Assembly (NCBI GenBank): GCA_025361305.1
Contig: JANYAN010000198.1
Location: 1-40,555, forward strand
Reading direction: 5' to 3'
Source: Burkholderiales bacterium
GTDB taxonomy: Bacteria > Pseudomonadota > Gammaproteobacteria > Burkholderiales > Burkholderiaceae_C
Length of the DNA stretch: 40,555 nucleotides
Positions 10,936 through 19,294 of this stretch are shown here, piece by piece. The notes beneath the pieces are model-generated. The model was not told the origin of the DNA. It searched no databases and saw nothing but the letters and a program-made list of their open reading frames with translations. Each line of letters starts with the position of its first letter. Within the stretch, counting starts at the first letter, position 1. A program made the position numbers and the translations under genes.

Positions 10936-11010
10936 CCACCGACAAAGCAACGGGCCAAGGTGCGCGACCGCGCGCACTCCAGCGGATTGCCCTTGTTCCA
11001 CATCGCGCAC
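10932..11010 (+). pseudogene. Probable deletion remnant of a KaiC/RAD55-like ATPase gene
   Basis: ATGA-coupled start MTTDKAT is followed in another frame by AKVRDRAHSSGLPLFHI, which resembles the C-terminal K-x-R-x2-AHS motif of KaiC-like ATPases. Confidence 0.4.
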
Positions 11011-11068
11011 CCGGCGACGCGAAACCCCGCGTGTGACCGGCCCGGCCGACGACTAGGCGCCCGAGACC

Positions 11069-12169
11069 ATGCCCAATGTAAACACCCCGGCCGAAGAGCT
11101 CAGGGTGGCCGTGGCGGCCCGGACCCTGGCGCTGCTGAACCAGCAGGCCGATGCCTTGCGCTCCGAGCTGGCAACCCTCAAGAGGGACCTGGAACAGGTC
11201 AAGCGCGATCTTGGTGAAACCCGCGACGCGCAGCTGCGGGAGGCGAACGAAAAGCTGGTGCTGGCGGCCATGCGCGCACAGGCGATCGCCGACGCGGCGC
11301 GGCGCCGCCTGGGCGACCTGGCAAGGTCCAGGCCAGCTCCGTCGCTGACGCTGGTACCGCCATCGGGCAAGCTGGCGCAAGCGGAATACCAGACGCGGGT
11401 GGGCGATCTGCGTGAAGCCAACGCGCAGCTGCTGATCGCGGCACTCAGCGCGCAGGAACTCGAAGCGGACACCGCGGACGCGCATGACCAGCAAATCACC
11501 TTTCTGGCCATGGCGGCGCACGAACTGCGCAACCCTCTGCTGCCGCTGCGGCTGGCGGCCCAGATGATCACCCGCGGCCGCGCCGATGACCAGATGCTCG
11601 CCAAGCTGCAGGAGACCATCAACGGCCAGGTCAGCCACATGGCCAGGCTGATCGGCGACCTGCTGGACGGTTCGCGCGTGAGCACCGGCAAGTTCCGGCT
11701 GGTGCGCAGCAGCGTCGACCTGAACGGCATTCTGGACGTCGCGATCGAAACCTGCCAGCCGGCCATGGACGCCAAGCAGCTTCGGTTCACACATGTGACA
11801 CCGGGCGGCCCATTGATGGTCGACGGCGACCCTGTGCGGCTGGTCCAGGTGTTTACCAACCTGCTTGAGAACGCCTCGAAATACACTCAGCAGGAGGGCG
11901 AGATCTCACTGGAGGCAGTGACCCTGGGACATGATGCTGTGATCACCGTGTCGGACAACGGCATCGGCATTACTGCGGAAGCATTGCCGCATGTCTTCGA
12001 CCTGTTCGTCCAGGACGCGCACGCCACCGAGCACGACCGGGGCGGCCTGGGGATCGGCCTGGCGGTTGTGCGAGAACTGGTGCAGGCGCACGGCGGCACT
12101 GTAGGCGCCCTGAGTGCAGGCAAAGACCAAGGCAGCCAGTTCATCGTCTCCTTGCCACTGGGCGTTTGA
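11069..12169 (+). CDS. Histidine kinase with an N-terminal coiled coil and no sensor domain
   Basis: H-box FLAMAAHELRNPL, N-box NLLENASKYT, G boxes DNGIGI and GGLGIGL; two LREANxxL repeats in the N-terminus. Confidence 0.9.
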   Translation: MPNVNTPAEELRVAVAARTLALLNQQADALRSELATLKRDLEQVKRDLGETRDAQLREANEKLVLAAMRAQAIADAARRRLGDLARSRPAPSLTLVPPSGKLAQAEYQTRVGDLREANAQLLIAALSAQELEADTADAHDQQITFLAMAAHELRNPLLPLRLAAQMITRGRADDQMLAKLQETINGQVSHMARLIGDLLDGSRVSTGKFRLVRSSVDLNGILDVAIETCQPAMDAKQLRFTHVTPGGPLMVDGDPVRLVQVFTNLLENASKYTQQEGEISLEAVTLGHDAVITVSDNGIGITAEALPHVFDLFVQDAHATEHDRGGLGIGLAVVRELVQAHGGTVGALSAGKDQGSQFIVSLPLGV

Positions 12170-12262
12170 AGCCAGCCAGTCGGTCCGACGTAGGACGAGT
12201 TCCCCCCGGGGCGTAGGCCTGCTTCGGCAGATGCGCCACGCGCCGTACATCCTGCACGCTAT

Positions 12263-12305
12263 GTTCGTCAGCGCACAGATCAGACACCGCACATTCGCGC
12301 AACCT
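12263..12305 (+). promoter_or_regulatory. Candidate Crp-family box plus weak -10 element
   Basis: GTTCG-TCAG-CGCAC-AGAT (12263-12280); CAACCT at 12300. A second, reverse-oriented variant lies at 12179-12196. Confidence 0.55.
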
Positions 12306-12372
12306 GCCGGTCAGATGACGCACGCAACTTTCGTCGCGCGCGCACTGCCCTCCAACCTTGCGGGAAAAAGCG

Positions 12373-14649
12373 ATGAACAGACTCCAGAGCATCCGGCCGT
12401 GGCTCGCGGCAATCCTGGTAGGCGCCCTGGCCGCCTGCGGCGGTGGAGGCGGAGACCCAATCCTGGGTTTCGACGCACCACCGCTCTACCCCACGGTCAC
12501 CGCTGTGGTGCCGACCGCCAACGCCACCGGCGTGGCCACCGTCAGCCCCTTGATCACCGCCGCGTTCAGCCAGACGATGGCCCCGATCGCGGGCACGGCG
12601 AGCTTTGTGCTTACCTGCGCGGCACCCTGCGTCAGCCCCACAGGCTCGGTGACGCTCGACATCACCGGCAGGATCGCCACCCTGGCGCTGGCGCCCGGGA
12701 CCACGCTGCCCTACAACACCGTCTTCACGGCCACCGTCACCGGCGCCAAGGCCCTGGCCACCGGCCTGGCCCTGGTAAGCCCGTTCATCTGGCAGTTCAC
12801 CACCGCGCAGGCGCCGCCGCCGACCGTCACCGCCGTGGCACCTGCCAGTAACGCTACCGGCGTCGCAGTCAACGGCACGGTAATCACTGCGGGTTTCAGC
12901 GAAGCGGTCACGCCGATCACCGGTTCCGCCAGCTTCGTGCTGACATGCGCGGCGCCTTGCGTCAGCCCCACGGGCGTTGTGACCCTCGACGCCACCAACC
13001 GGGTAGCCACCCTGACGCTGACCAGTGGAATCCCGCTGGCCAGCGGCACGGTCTACACCGCCACCGTCACGGGTGCGAAGAGCCAGGCCACCGGCCTGAC
13101 CCTGGTGAGCCCGTTCGTCTGGCAGTTCACTACGGGCCTGGTATCAGATACGACGCGACCGCGGGTTGCGATCACAGTGCCGGCGACGACCGTCCCCGGC
13201 CCCACGCTCGCCGTTGCGCCGAACACCGCCATCAGCGCCGTGTTCACTGAAGACATGGCTCCTGCCAGCCTCTCGGCCTCCAGCTTCACGCTGACTTGTG
13301 CCGCGCCTTGCGTGTCGCCGGTCGGCACCGTGAGCTACGTGGTGGGCAACCGGACGGCCCTGTTCACCCCGTCGGCCGCGCTCGCTGCCAACACAACCTA
13401 CACCGCCACGATCACCATCGGTGCGACCGACCTGGCCGGCAACGCGTTGGCCGGCAACCAGGCGGCCTTGCCCGCGGCAAGCGCCTACATCTGGACGTTC
13501 ACCACATCGGCGAGCGCCGCGGTTGTGGGCAATGTGTCTGTGCAGTCGACCAATCCGGCCAATGGCGCCATCGCGGTCTGCACCAATGCGGCCGTCAACG
13601 CCACCTTCAACGTCCCGTCGGGGCTGCAAATGAATCCGGCCACCATCAACTCGACGGTATTCACCCTGACCGGGCCCACACCGGTTGTCGCCGCTTCTGT
13701 GGTGCTCGACACAGCCACCGGACGCATCGCCACCTTCACACCGCTGGCGCCGCTGACAGCCGGGCTGGTCTACACCGCCCGGATCAAGGGCGGCTCGGCT
13801 GGTGCGGCGGACCTGGCGGTTCCCGCCAACACGATGCTGGCCGATGCAACCTGGAGCTTCACGGCCGCCAGCTGTGTCGTGCCCGTGGTGCCTGCGACCG
13901 TCACGCTCGGCTCGGCTTCCCTGTTCGGCGCATTCGGCGGTTCTGCCGGCACGACCAACCAGGGCCTGAACACCGTGATCAACGGAAACATCGGCACCAC
14001 GGCGGTCTCCACCGCGGTGACCGGCTTCCACGACGCCGGCCCCGGCTGCACGTACACCGAGACGCCGCTGAATGTCGGGACCATCAACGGCCTGATCTAC
14101 ACCGCGGCGCCGCCGCCGACGGTGGGCTGCCCGAGCGAGGGAACCGCAACCACCTTCGCCATCGCCACGCAGGCCCGCGCCGACGCGCTGGCGGCCTACA
14201 ACGCGCTGGTGGCGATGCCGGGCGGCCCCGATCCGGGCGCCGGCAACCTGGCCAACAAGACGCTGGCCCCCGGTGTTTATACGGCCGCAGCGGGCAGCTT
14301 CATGATCCAGGGCGGCAACCTGACCCTCGATGCACAAGGCAACGCCAACGCCGTATGGGTGTTCCAGATGGCGACCACGCTCACGGTGGGCGGCCCCGGT
14401 GCGGCGTTCCCCTCGAGCATCATCCTGAGCAACGGCGCCCAGGCCAAGAACGTGTTCTGGCAGGTCGGCAGCGCCGCCACAATCAATGCGGCCGGCGGCG
14501 GGACGATGGTGGGAACCATCATCTCGCAGGCGGGCACGGCGATCTCTACCCCGGGCAACGTGACCCTGGTGACGATCAACGGCCGCGTGCTGTCCCTCGG
14601 GGCGTCGGTCACGATGGTCAACACCGTCATCAACGTGCCCGCTCCCTGA
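12373..14649 (+). CDS. Lipoprotein with four bacterial Ig-like domains and a C-terminal DUF3494 ice-binding-like domain
   Basis: Lipobox LAAC followed by GGGGG. Four roughly 110-120-aa Thr/Ala-rich domains each end in WxFT. From about 13900, DUF3494 motifs TLAPGVY, LTLDAQGNANAVWVFQM, NGAQAKNVFWQVGSAATI and GRVLS. Confidence 0.88.
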   Translation: MNRLQSIRPWLAAILVGALAACGGGGGDPILGFDAPPLYPTVTAVVPTANATGVATVSPLITAAFSQTMAPIAGTASFVLTCAAPCVSPTGSVTLDITGRIATLALAPGTTLPYNTVFTATVTGAKALATGLALVSPFIWQFTTAQAPPPTVTAVAPASNATGVAVNGTVITAGFSEAVTPITGSASFVLTCAAPCVSPTGVVTLDATNRVATLTLTSGIPLASGTVYTATVTGAKSQATGLTLVSPFVWQFTTGLVSDTTRPRVAITVPATTVPGPTLAVAPNTAISAVFTEDMAPASLSASSFTLTCAAPCVSPVGTVSYVVGNRTALFTPSAALAANTTYTATITIGATDLAGNALAGNQAALPAASAYIWTFTTSASAAVVGNVSVQSTNPANGAIAVCTNAAVNATFNVPSGLQMNPATINSTVFTLTGPTPVVAASVVLDTATGRIATFTPLAPLTAGLVYTARIKGGSAGAADLAVPANTMLADATWSFTAASCVVPVVPATVTLGSASLFGAFGGSAGTTNQGLNTVINGNIGTTAVSTAVTGFHDAGPGCTYTETPLNVGTINGLIYTAAPPPTVGCPSEGTATTFAIATQARADALAAYNALVAMPGGPDPGAGNLANKTLAPGVYTAAAGSFMIQGGNLTLDAQGNANAVWVFQMATTLTVGGPGAAFPSSIILSNGAQAKNVFWQVGSAATINAAGGGTMVGTIISQAGTAISTPGNVTLVTINGRVLSLGASVTMVNTVINVPAP
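12490..13137 (+). repeat. Intragenic tandem duplication, 330-bp period (Ig domains 1 and 2)
   Basis: PTVTAV..NATGVA..SFVLTCAAPCVSPTG.VTLD..TATVTGAK..ATGL.LVSPF.WQFTT occurs at 12490 and at 12820. Confidence 0.85.
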
Positions 14650-14687
14650 GCACGCACGCACGCACCCACCCTCTTCCTGGAGCGAAC

Positions 14688-15836
14688 ATGAACTTCAAAA
14701 GAAACTCGGTCGCGCTCGGCGTGGCCGCTCTCGCAGCCATCGCCGCGCCGTTGGCGATGGCACAAGACTCCGGCTGGTATGCCGGTGCCAACGTGGGCCG
14801 CTCGGCAGCAACCATTGATGACACCCGCATCAGCGCCGGGCTGCTCGGCCAGGGACTGGGTACCGCCTCGATCGACGACCGAGACCACAACACGGGCTAC
14901 AAGCTGTTCGGCGGGTACCAGTTCGGCCGCAACCTCGGTCTTGAAGCGGGTTACTTCGACCTCGGGCACTTTGGCTACACGGCACACACCGTACCGCCGG
15001 GGACGCTGGATGGTGACATGAAGCTTCGGGGACTCAATCTCGACCTGGTTGGCACACTGCCCCTCGGGGAAAGACTGTCCGTGCTGGGCCGGGTGGGCGT
15101 CACGTCGGCTCGTGCCAGCGACAGCTTCAGCGCCACCGGTGCGGCGCATGTTCCCTATTCCAGTGCCAACCCCAGCGAGCGGGCGACCAACTGGAAAGCC
15201 GGTATCGGGCTGGCCTACAACTTCACCCCAGCCCTGGCCATGCGCCTGGAAGCCGAGCGTTACCGCGTCAACGACGCGGTGGGCAACAGGGGTCATGTGG
15301 ACATGATGTCGGTGGGCCTGGTCTACCGCTTCGGCGGTGCGTCGCCCGCCCCTCGGGCGGCGGCCCCAGCACCAGCCTACATCGCCGCTGCTGCGCCGCC
15401 ACCGGTGGTCGTGGCGCCTGCTCCACCGCCGCCGCCAGCACCGGCCCCTGTGGCACCGATGAGGATCAGCCTGTCGGCGGACGCATTGTTCGAATTCGAC
15501 AAATCGACGTTGAAGCCCGCGGGCCGGCAGGAGCTGGACAAGCTGGCCAGCGATCTGCGTGGCATCCGCTACGACTCGATCCAGGTCATCGGCCACACCG
15601 ACCGGATCGGCTCGCACGACTACAACATGAAGCTGTCCACTCGGCGCGCGCAGACCGTGGGCGACTATCTGGTGCAGTCAGGCGTCCCCGTGGCCAAGAT
15701 CGCCGCCAAGGGCGTGGATGGCGCGCAGCCAGTGACCAAACCAGGCGACTGCAAGGGCAACAAGGTCACACCGGCGCTGATCGCCTGCCTGCAGCCTGAC
15801 CGCCGGGTCGATGTCGAAGTGACGGGAACGAAATAA
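14688..15836 (+). CDS. OmpA family outer membrane protein (beta-barrel, Pro/Ala linker, peptidoglycan-binding domain)
   Basis: Signal peptide, then GWYAGANVG..YKLFGGYQF..VGLVYRFG, a PAPAP linker, ADALFEFDKS, GHTDRIGS..YN..LS.RRA and CLQPDRRV. Real start is ATG 14688 inside the 846-aa ORF. Confidence 0.93.
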   Translation: MNFKRNSVALGVAALAAIAAPLAMAQDSGWYAGANVGRSAATIDDTRISAGLLGQGLGTASIDDRDHNTGYKLFGGYQFGRNLGLEAGYFDLGHFGYTAHTVPPGTLDGDMKLRGLNLDLVGTLPLGERLSVLGRVGVTSARASDSFSATGAAHVPYSSANPSERATNWKAGIGLAYNFTPALAMRLEAERYRVNDAVGNRGHVDMMSVGLVYRFGGASPAPRAAAPAPAYIAAAAPPPVVVAPAPPPPPAPAPVAPMRISLSADALFEFDKSTLKPAGRQELDKLASDLRGIRYDSIQVIGHTDRIGSHDYNMKLSTRRAQTVGDYLVQSGVPVAKIAAKGVDGAQPVTKPGDCKGNKVTPALIACLQPDRRVDVEVTGTK

Positions 15837-15896
15837 GGCCCACCGAGGCGAGCGATACTGATACGGTCTGCAACTTTGCAAGTCGGGGAAGAATTG

Positions 15897-16193
15897 ATGA
15901 CCATTTCAGCCGTCTCTCACTATCGTGGTGGAACCATCGACGCAGTGGCACCCGTGGCCGCGAAGTTGAAGGCCGCCTATGTCAAACACGGAATTGTCTA
16001 CAGGCTGAGCCGCTTTCAAACCGGCCCCCATATCGGAGACTGGTTCGTCGTCGTGCAATATGCCGACCAGGCCGCCTATGAGAAGGCCCAGGCGGCTATT
16101 GCGCAAGACCCAGAATGCCAGCAGGCCTTTGCCGAGATTGCAAAGTTCGCGACCAGGATTAGCCGAGAACTGGTCATCGATCTCGACCTCTGA
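15897..16193 (+). CDS. Hypothetical protein, possibly a dimeric alpha/beta-barrel (NIPSNAP-like) fold
   Basis: 98-aa ORF with plausible RBS and an alternating strand/helix pattern (WFVVVQYADQAAYEKAQAAIAQDP). Confidence 0.55.
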   Translation: MTISAVSHYRGGTIDAVAPVAAKLKAAYVKHGIVYRLSRFQTGPHIGDWFVVVQYADQAAYEKAQAAIAQDPECQQAFAEIAKFATRISRELVIDLDL

Positions 16194-16228
16194 CGCAGCC
16201 GGCTTTGTCCGCTGACCCACCGAGGCTG

Positions 16229-16807
16229 CTAGGCCGGCTGGTCGTTCGACGTGCCATCGGCCAGTGGCGCCGGGTCGGATTCATACGTGCCTGCACCCAT
16301 GATCGCGTTACCACCGGTTCGCCAGGCTGCCGCGAATGCGGCCAGTTCCGCTGCGGTGGCTGGGCTGTCGTGCGTTGAGGAACCCGAACTCGCGCCTGGC
16401 GCAGTTCCCTTGATTTGATCGTCAACACGCCAGTAGACCCCGGTGACCTCAAGGCCATAACGTGCCCGTGCGTTCGCTGACAGGGCTTGGCCAACTTCAG
16501 ACAGGGCCCCCTGGCTGCCGCCCTCACCAAACAGGAAGTCGGTAGACAGGTCAATCATCACTGTGAAACGATGGCCACGCCTGTCGGTCTGCGCGACCTT
16601 GAAGCGGTAACTTCCGCCAAGGATGCCCTTGGTCTCCAGCGTGTACCTTATGGCGTCGTAGAGCATTTCCCGGCGAAATGCCATGCGCTCGTCAAGGTTC
16701 ATCTTGACTGGCAAGGTCTCGGATTGCGGTGCCTGCTCACCCGAGCCACGCGACGAAGAGAATAGTGAGCCGAGGATCGGTTTTCTTGTCATCCGGATAG
16801 CGGTCAC
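16229..16807 (-). CDS. Hypothetical protein
   Basis: Protein-like core MNLDERMAFRREMLYDAIR..YRFKV..DRRGHRFTVMIDL..VTGVYWR; start uncertain. Confidence 0.6.
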   Translation of the reverse strand: MTAIRMTRKPILGSLFSSSRGSGEQAPQSETLPVKMNLDERMAFRREMLYDAIRYTLETKGILGGSYRFKVAQTDRRGHRFTVMIDLSTDFLFGEGGSQGALSEVGQALSANARARYGLEVTGVYWRVDDQIKGTAPGASSGSSTHDSPATAAELAAFAAAWRTGGNAIMGAGTYESDPAPLADGTSNDQPA

Positions 16808-16981
16808 TCACCTGCGGTGTTCAGCGGTGTTGACACTCCTTCAATCATTCTAGGTGGGAGCATGCCCAACACAAACGCTCACGCAACAAGATGCGCTCCT
16901 CTGTTGGTTTCGCGGAACAGCTCACGCGGCCGGCGCTTGTAAGTTTCGTATAAGGATCACACCTCACGATGCCTCTCCACC

Positions 16982-17200
16982 GTGAACCTTGGATCTGAAA
17001 TGCTAGACGCGCACCTGTCGGAATGGCGAGAATTTCACAGGCAATTGCAGGGCGCCCAGATCACTCTGGAACGCGCCACCGGATCAAACCGTGCAGCTGT
17101 TCGCCTGGCATTGGAAGCAGAAATCGCCGGACTGCGGGCCCGGTGCGATGCCGCGCTAGAGCGCGCCGAAGCGGCTCTAGTGGCCATGGACGACGCCTAG
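16982..17200 (+). CDS. Small helical hypothetical protein
   Basis: 72-aa ORF with heptad-like composition and no recognisable motif. Confidence 0.35.
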   Translation: MNLGSEMLDAHLSEWREFHRQLQGAQITLERATGSNRAAVRLALEAEIAGLRARCDAALERAEAALVAMDDA

Positions 17201-17229
17201 CGCCATCGGTGCTCGCAAGACTCGCCAGG

Positions 17230-17326
17230 GTCTGTGCGATTGCGTACATTGACGCAACAAGGGGTGTTCTCCTACACGCCATGGGTAAGCAAGCGCACAG
17301 ACCCGGACCTGCGCTGCGGGTACAGT
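17230..17326 (+). promoter_or_regulatory. Pair of candidate Crp-family boxes plus -10 element upstream of the BON operon
   Basis: Reverse-oriented GTACG-CAAT-CGCAC-AGAC (17247-17230) and forward GTAAG-CAAG-CGCAC-AGAC (17285-17302); TACAGT at 17321, 22 nt after the forward 14-mer. Confidence 0.6.
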
Positions 17327-17399
17327 GAACGGGTTGACGCCGTCATCCGCCCAGGTGAGTTTTTACCGGGCTGCCCTCCCGGATCTTTGGAGATTCCAC

Positions 17400-17711
17400 A
17401 TGCAAAATTTCACCCGCATTTCCGTGCTGCTGGCCGCTGTTGCCCTGACGTCACTGGCCGGTTGCGCCTCGACCCAAAAGCAGGAGAGCACCGGTCAGTA
17501 CATCGACGACACAGCGATCACCGCCTCGGTCAAGGCCGCGATCTTCAATGAGCCGAGCCTCAAGTCCGCCGAGATCAACGTGGAAACCTTCAAGGGCCGC
17601 GTGCAGCTGAGCGGATTCGTCAGCAGCCGCGCCAATATCGACCGTGCCATTCAGGTGGCGCAGGGCGTCAATGGCGTGCAGTCGGTCAGCAACGACATGA
17701 GGCTCAAGTGA
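17400..17711 (+). CDS. BON-domain (OsmY-like) lipoprotein
   Basis: Lipobox LAGC; motifs GQYIDDTAITASVKAAI, INVETFKGRVQLSGFV and GVQSVSNDM. Confidence 0.92.
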   Translation: MQNFTRISVLLAAVALTSLAGCASTQKQESTGQYIDDTAITASVKAAIFNEPSLKSAEINVETFKGRVQLSGFVSSRANIDRAIQVAQGVNGVQSVSNDMRLK

Positions 17712-17923
17712 GAGCCGCGACAACTGCGGGCGCGCTGGCGCTTGCCGCGCTGATGGGCTTGACCGGCTGCGCCGGCATGTCGTCGCATGATCGGCATGTC
17801 GTCACGGGTGCGAGCGTAGGCGCCGTGGCCGGTGCGGTTCTGACGGGTGGCAGCCCGATCGGGACCGTGGGCGGCGCCGCCGTGGGTGGCGTGATCGGCA
17901 ACGAAATCGGCAAGAGCAGGTGA
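17708..17923 (+). CDS. Glycine-zipper 2TM (OsmB-like) lipoprotein
   Basis: Lipobox LTGC and GASVGAVAGAVLTGGSPIGTVGGAAVGGVIGNEIG; GTGA overlap with the BON gene. Confidence 0.85.
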   Translation: MRAATTAGALALAALMGLTGCAGMSSHDRHVVTGASVGAVAGAVLTGGSPIGTVGGAAVGGVIGNEIGKSR

Positions 17924-17930
17924 CACCACC

Positions 17931-18080
17931 ATGCTCTACACCATTGCCCTCATCCTGGTGATTCTGTGGCTCCTGGGCCTGGTCACATCGGTTACCGCGG
18001 GCGGACTGATCCACATTCTGCTCGTGATCGCCATCGTCGTTGTCCTGCTGCGCGTCATCGGCGGCGGCAAGATCCTCTAA
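17931..18080 (+). CDS. lmo0937-family (DUF5670) small membrane protein, 49 aa, absent from the ORF track
   Basis: Manual translation: MLYTIALILVILWLLGLVTSVTAGGLIHILLVIAIVVVLLRVIGGGKIL*. Confidence 0.85.
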   Translation: MLYTIALILVILWLLGLVTSVTAGGLIHILLVIAIVVVLLRVIGGGKIL

Positions 18081-18088
18081 GGCCCAAC

Positions 18089-19261
18089 TCAAACCGTGGC
18101 GTGCTGCTCTTGCGGCTTGGCCGCAGGTGCCACCAGGCCGACGCGATCCAGCGCAGCCGCCAGTTGCGCCACCGTGCGGTCGACGTGGTGCCATTTTTCC
18201 AGCCCGAACAGGCCGACGCGGAAGCTCATGAAATCGGACCCCTCGTCGCACTGCAAAGGCACGCCGGCGGCGGTCTGCAGGCCTTCGGCCAGGAACTTGC
18301 GGCTTGACTGGATTTCAGCATCGGTGGTGTAGCTCACCACCACGCCTGGCGCCTTGAAGCCTTCAGCAGCGACGCTGGCCAGGCCGCGGCTCTCGAACAG
18401 CGCGCGCACCTTGCGGCCCAGCGCCTCCTGCTCGGCGCGCACCTTGGCAAAGCCGTACAACTGCGTTTCCTTCATCACCTCGCGCAGTCGCGTCAGCGCA
18501 TCCGTGGGCATGGTGGCGTGATAGGCATGGGCACCGCTCTCGTAGGTCTCCATGATCTGCAGCCACTTCTTGAGGTCGCAGGCGAAGCTGGAACTGGTGG
18601 TCGCGTCGATCGCCGCACGGGCGCGCTCGCTAAGCATGACCATGGCGCAGCATGGAGAGCTGCTCCAGCCCTTTTGCGGCGCGGAGATCAGCAGGTCCAC
18701 CCCTGTGGCCTGCATGTCCACCCACATCGCGCCGGATGCGATGCAATCGAGCACGAACAGGCCACCGACTTCATGGACGGCATCGGCCACGGCACGCATG
18801 TAATCGTCGGGCAGGATCATGCCGGATGCCGTTTCGACGTGCGGGGCAAAGACCACTGCGGGTTTCTTGTCGCGGATGGCCGCCTGCACTTCGGCAATCG
18901 GGGCCGGGGCCCAGGGTGCCTGCGGGCCGCTGCCGGTACGCCGCGCCTTGAGCACGGTGGAAGAAGCCGGGATCTGGCCCATTTCGAAAATCTGCGTCCA
19001 GCGATAGCTGAACCAGCCATTGCGGATCACCAGCACGTCCTTGCCTTCGGCAAACTGGCGCGCCACGGCTTCCATGCCGAAGGTGCCGCTGCCGGGAATC
19101 AGCGCGACCGAGCGGGCACCGTACACCTCCTTGAGGATGGACGAGATGTCGTTCATCACGCCCTGGAAGCTGCGCGACATGTGGTTGAGGGCACGGTCGG
19201 TGTAGACCACCGAAAATTCAAGCAGGCCGTCGGGGTCGACGTTAGGCAGCAGTCCAGGCAT
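18089..19261 (-). CDS. Class V PLP aminotransferase (alanine/serine-glyoxylate aminotransferase-like)
   Basis: Motifs GSGTFGMEAVA, HVETASG and VLDCIASG, with the PLP-lysine motif SAPQKGW. Confidence 0.88.
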   Translation of the reverse strand: MPGLLPNVDPDGLLEFSVVYTDRALNHMSRSFQGVMNDISSILKEVYGARSVALIPGSGTFGMEAVARQFAEGKDVLVIRNGWFSYRWTQIFEMGQIPASSTVLKARRTGSGPQAPWAPAPIAEVQAAIRDKKPAVVFAPHVETASGMILPDDYMRAVADAVHEVGGLFVLDCIASGAMWVDMQATGVDLLISAPQKGWSSSPCCAMVMLSERARAAIDATTSSSFACDLKKWLQIMETYESGAHAYHATMPTDALTRLREVMKETQLYGFAKVRAEQEALGRKVRALFESRGLASVAAEGFKAPGVVVSYTTDAEIQSSRKFLAEGLQTAAGVPLQCDEGSDFMSFRVGLFGLEKWHHVDRTVAQLAAALDRVGLVAPAAKPQEQHATV

Positions 19262-19294
19262 CGTTGTCTCGCTCGGTAAGGCAAAAGGGGGCGC

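Noticed and set aside
14650-14665. (GCAC)4 microsatellite between the ice-binding gene and ompA
   Set aside because: Only four units and intergenic; too short to argue for phase variation.
13296-14687. 846-aa ORF suggesting a giant OmpA fusion
   Set aside because: The upstream part is an Arg/His-rich off-frame read of the ice-binding gene. The signal peptide and RBS place the start at 14688.
16901-16920. CTGTT-N10-AACAG palindrome as a LexA box or a further regulon box
   Set aside because: Spacing fits neither CTGT-N8-ACAG nor the 14-bp motif.
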